DNA from: Takakia lepidozioides
Taxonomy: Eukaryota; Plantae; Bryophyta
Reading direction: 5' to 3'
DNA length: 64,000 nt
Assembly (NCBI GenBank): GCA_030704615.1
Contig: CM060731.1
Span: forward strand, 66,836,001-66,900,000
Part shown: positions 62,731-64,000 of the stretch, piece by piece
Layout: each line of letters begins with the position of its first letter
Numbering within the stretch: position 1 is the stretch's first letter
Made by a program: the position numbers and the translations under genes
Notes under the pieces: model-generated
Databases searched by the model: none
Told to the model about the DNA's origin: nothing
The model's input: the letters and a program-made list of their open reading frames with translations, nothing else

Positions 62731-64000
62731 GGGACACACCTGCTCCGAGTGTGGGAGGATGGTCGAGTGAGGATTGTGCCTCACCCAACACAGCGGGCAC
62801 GGTTAGTGCGGCATGCCCATGAGGAGTTGGGGCATTTTGGGGTGCGACGCACTCATAGTCTACTGCAGGGGCAGTATTGGTGGCGTGGTATGCACACAGA
62901 GGTGCAACAATTTGTGGCTAGGTGCATGGTGTGTGACAGGGTGCGTGCTTCATTCAACGCCCCTACTCCACAATTGCACCCTCTTCCGATCATGGGATTG
63001 GGCTACAGGTGGAGTCTTGACTTCGCAGGGCCGTTGCCACTGACCATGCGCCACAACAAGTACGTGTTGGTGATGGTGGAGCACTTCTCCAAGTGGATTG
63101 AATTGGTTCCATTGCCTGATAAGGCTAGTGAGGGAGCTGCGTATGCATTCCTGGATTGTGTGCTTAGCCGATTCGGTGCTCCAGCTGAGGTACTCACGGA
63201 CCAAGGGAGAGAGTTCTTGGGGGAGTTTCAGGCTTTGTGTGACAAGGCCTTGATAGACCACCGCACCACTTCTCGGGATCATCCTGAAGCCGATGGCTTG
63301 GCAGAGAGAGTTGTTCAGACAGTAAAGAGGGGTTTGCGCAAGTATGGCTTGCAGAAGGGACACCTAGGAGATTGGGACCTTCAGTTACCCTGGTTAGCCA
63401 TGGGCTACAGGTTCAGCAAGCAAGCATCACTTGTCCTCCTTCTCACCATACTTTCTTCTCTTTGGCCGAGAGCCGGATTTGCCTACATCCATTCGCAGAG
63501 AAGCTGCTACAGTTCTAACCTTGACGATCCGGACGTGTGGGCACGTGCATGTGAGCAGCGTGCAGAGTTGTTCAAGAGAGTCATGCCCATGGCTTTCGAG
63601 AACCTTGCCATTGCACAACACCGTGATACGTTGAGGTATGCTACCATACGTGGTGGGGGCTATCGTCCTGGGGTTCGGAGATTCAACCCTGGTGACTATG
63701 TCTATCTGCAGCAGACTGCTCCTACGACCCTGGATGTGACTGCAGGACGTGTTATTTTGAGGGTTCGAGAGGTCTTGCCCTCAGGCGTCTTGGTCTTGGA
63801 GGGTCGGGATGGCATAACTTGGAAGGACCATGTGCGTAATTGTGCGCCATGTCACCTTCCGAATGTTGATGGCAGGATTGACCCAAACCTGGTAGTGGTA
63901 TCTGCAGGTTTGAGGTGCATGTTGTGTGGGTCTGCTAAAGGGGCAGCCACCATGCTGGTGTGCGATGCTCTAGATGCTCTATATGGTTGGCATATGCTTG
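62730..64000 (+). pseudogene. Integrase (HHCC, DDE, SH3-like) and start of a PHD-like finger, frameshifted and truncated by the window
   Basis: AHEELGHFG..CMVC, SLDFAGP, LTDQGREF, DGLAERVVQT, FNPGDYVYL. From 63916: CMLCGSAKGAATMLVCD..GWHM. Confidence 0.88.

Larger units (their letters stand above)
55459..64000 (+). mobile_element. Ty3/Gypsy retrotransposon carrying a cytosine methyltransferase; 5' boundary unresolved, 3' end outside the window
   Basis: Order gag, PR, C5-MTase, RT, RNase H, IN, PHD-like on one strand with uniform composition. Confidence 0.9.

Overview
Eukaryotic, intron-rich land-plant DNA, most likely a bryophyte or other non-seed plant (inferred from gene style and TE types). 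Three conserved host genes occupy the middle: UBP12/13 (USP7-like, minus, 24788-38190), RACK1 (plus, 40688-42328) and a plastid ADS/FAD5-type desaturase (minus, 45691-48327). Both flanks are nested mobile DNA. Left: a decayed Tcn1-like chromovirus (556-12711, ATGAC TSD) interrupts an FCP1/NIF-phosphatase-like gene. It is itself interrupted by a 6.8 kb insert that carries a spliced gene with ParB-like and N4/N6 DNA-methyltransferase-like domains, ten copies of a 22-bp palindrome, and a short ORF resembling the Pol II CTD. A PD-(D/E)xK nuclease plus kinase gene follows. Right: a Ty3/Gypsy element running off the window has the order Gag, protease, DNMT3-like C5 cytosine methyltransferase, RT, RNase H, integrase, PHD-like finger. 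The two most interesting candidate systems are this methyltransferase-encoding retrotransposon and the ParB/MTase-like element with its palindromes. All domain calls are by-eye motif recognition; no searches were run.
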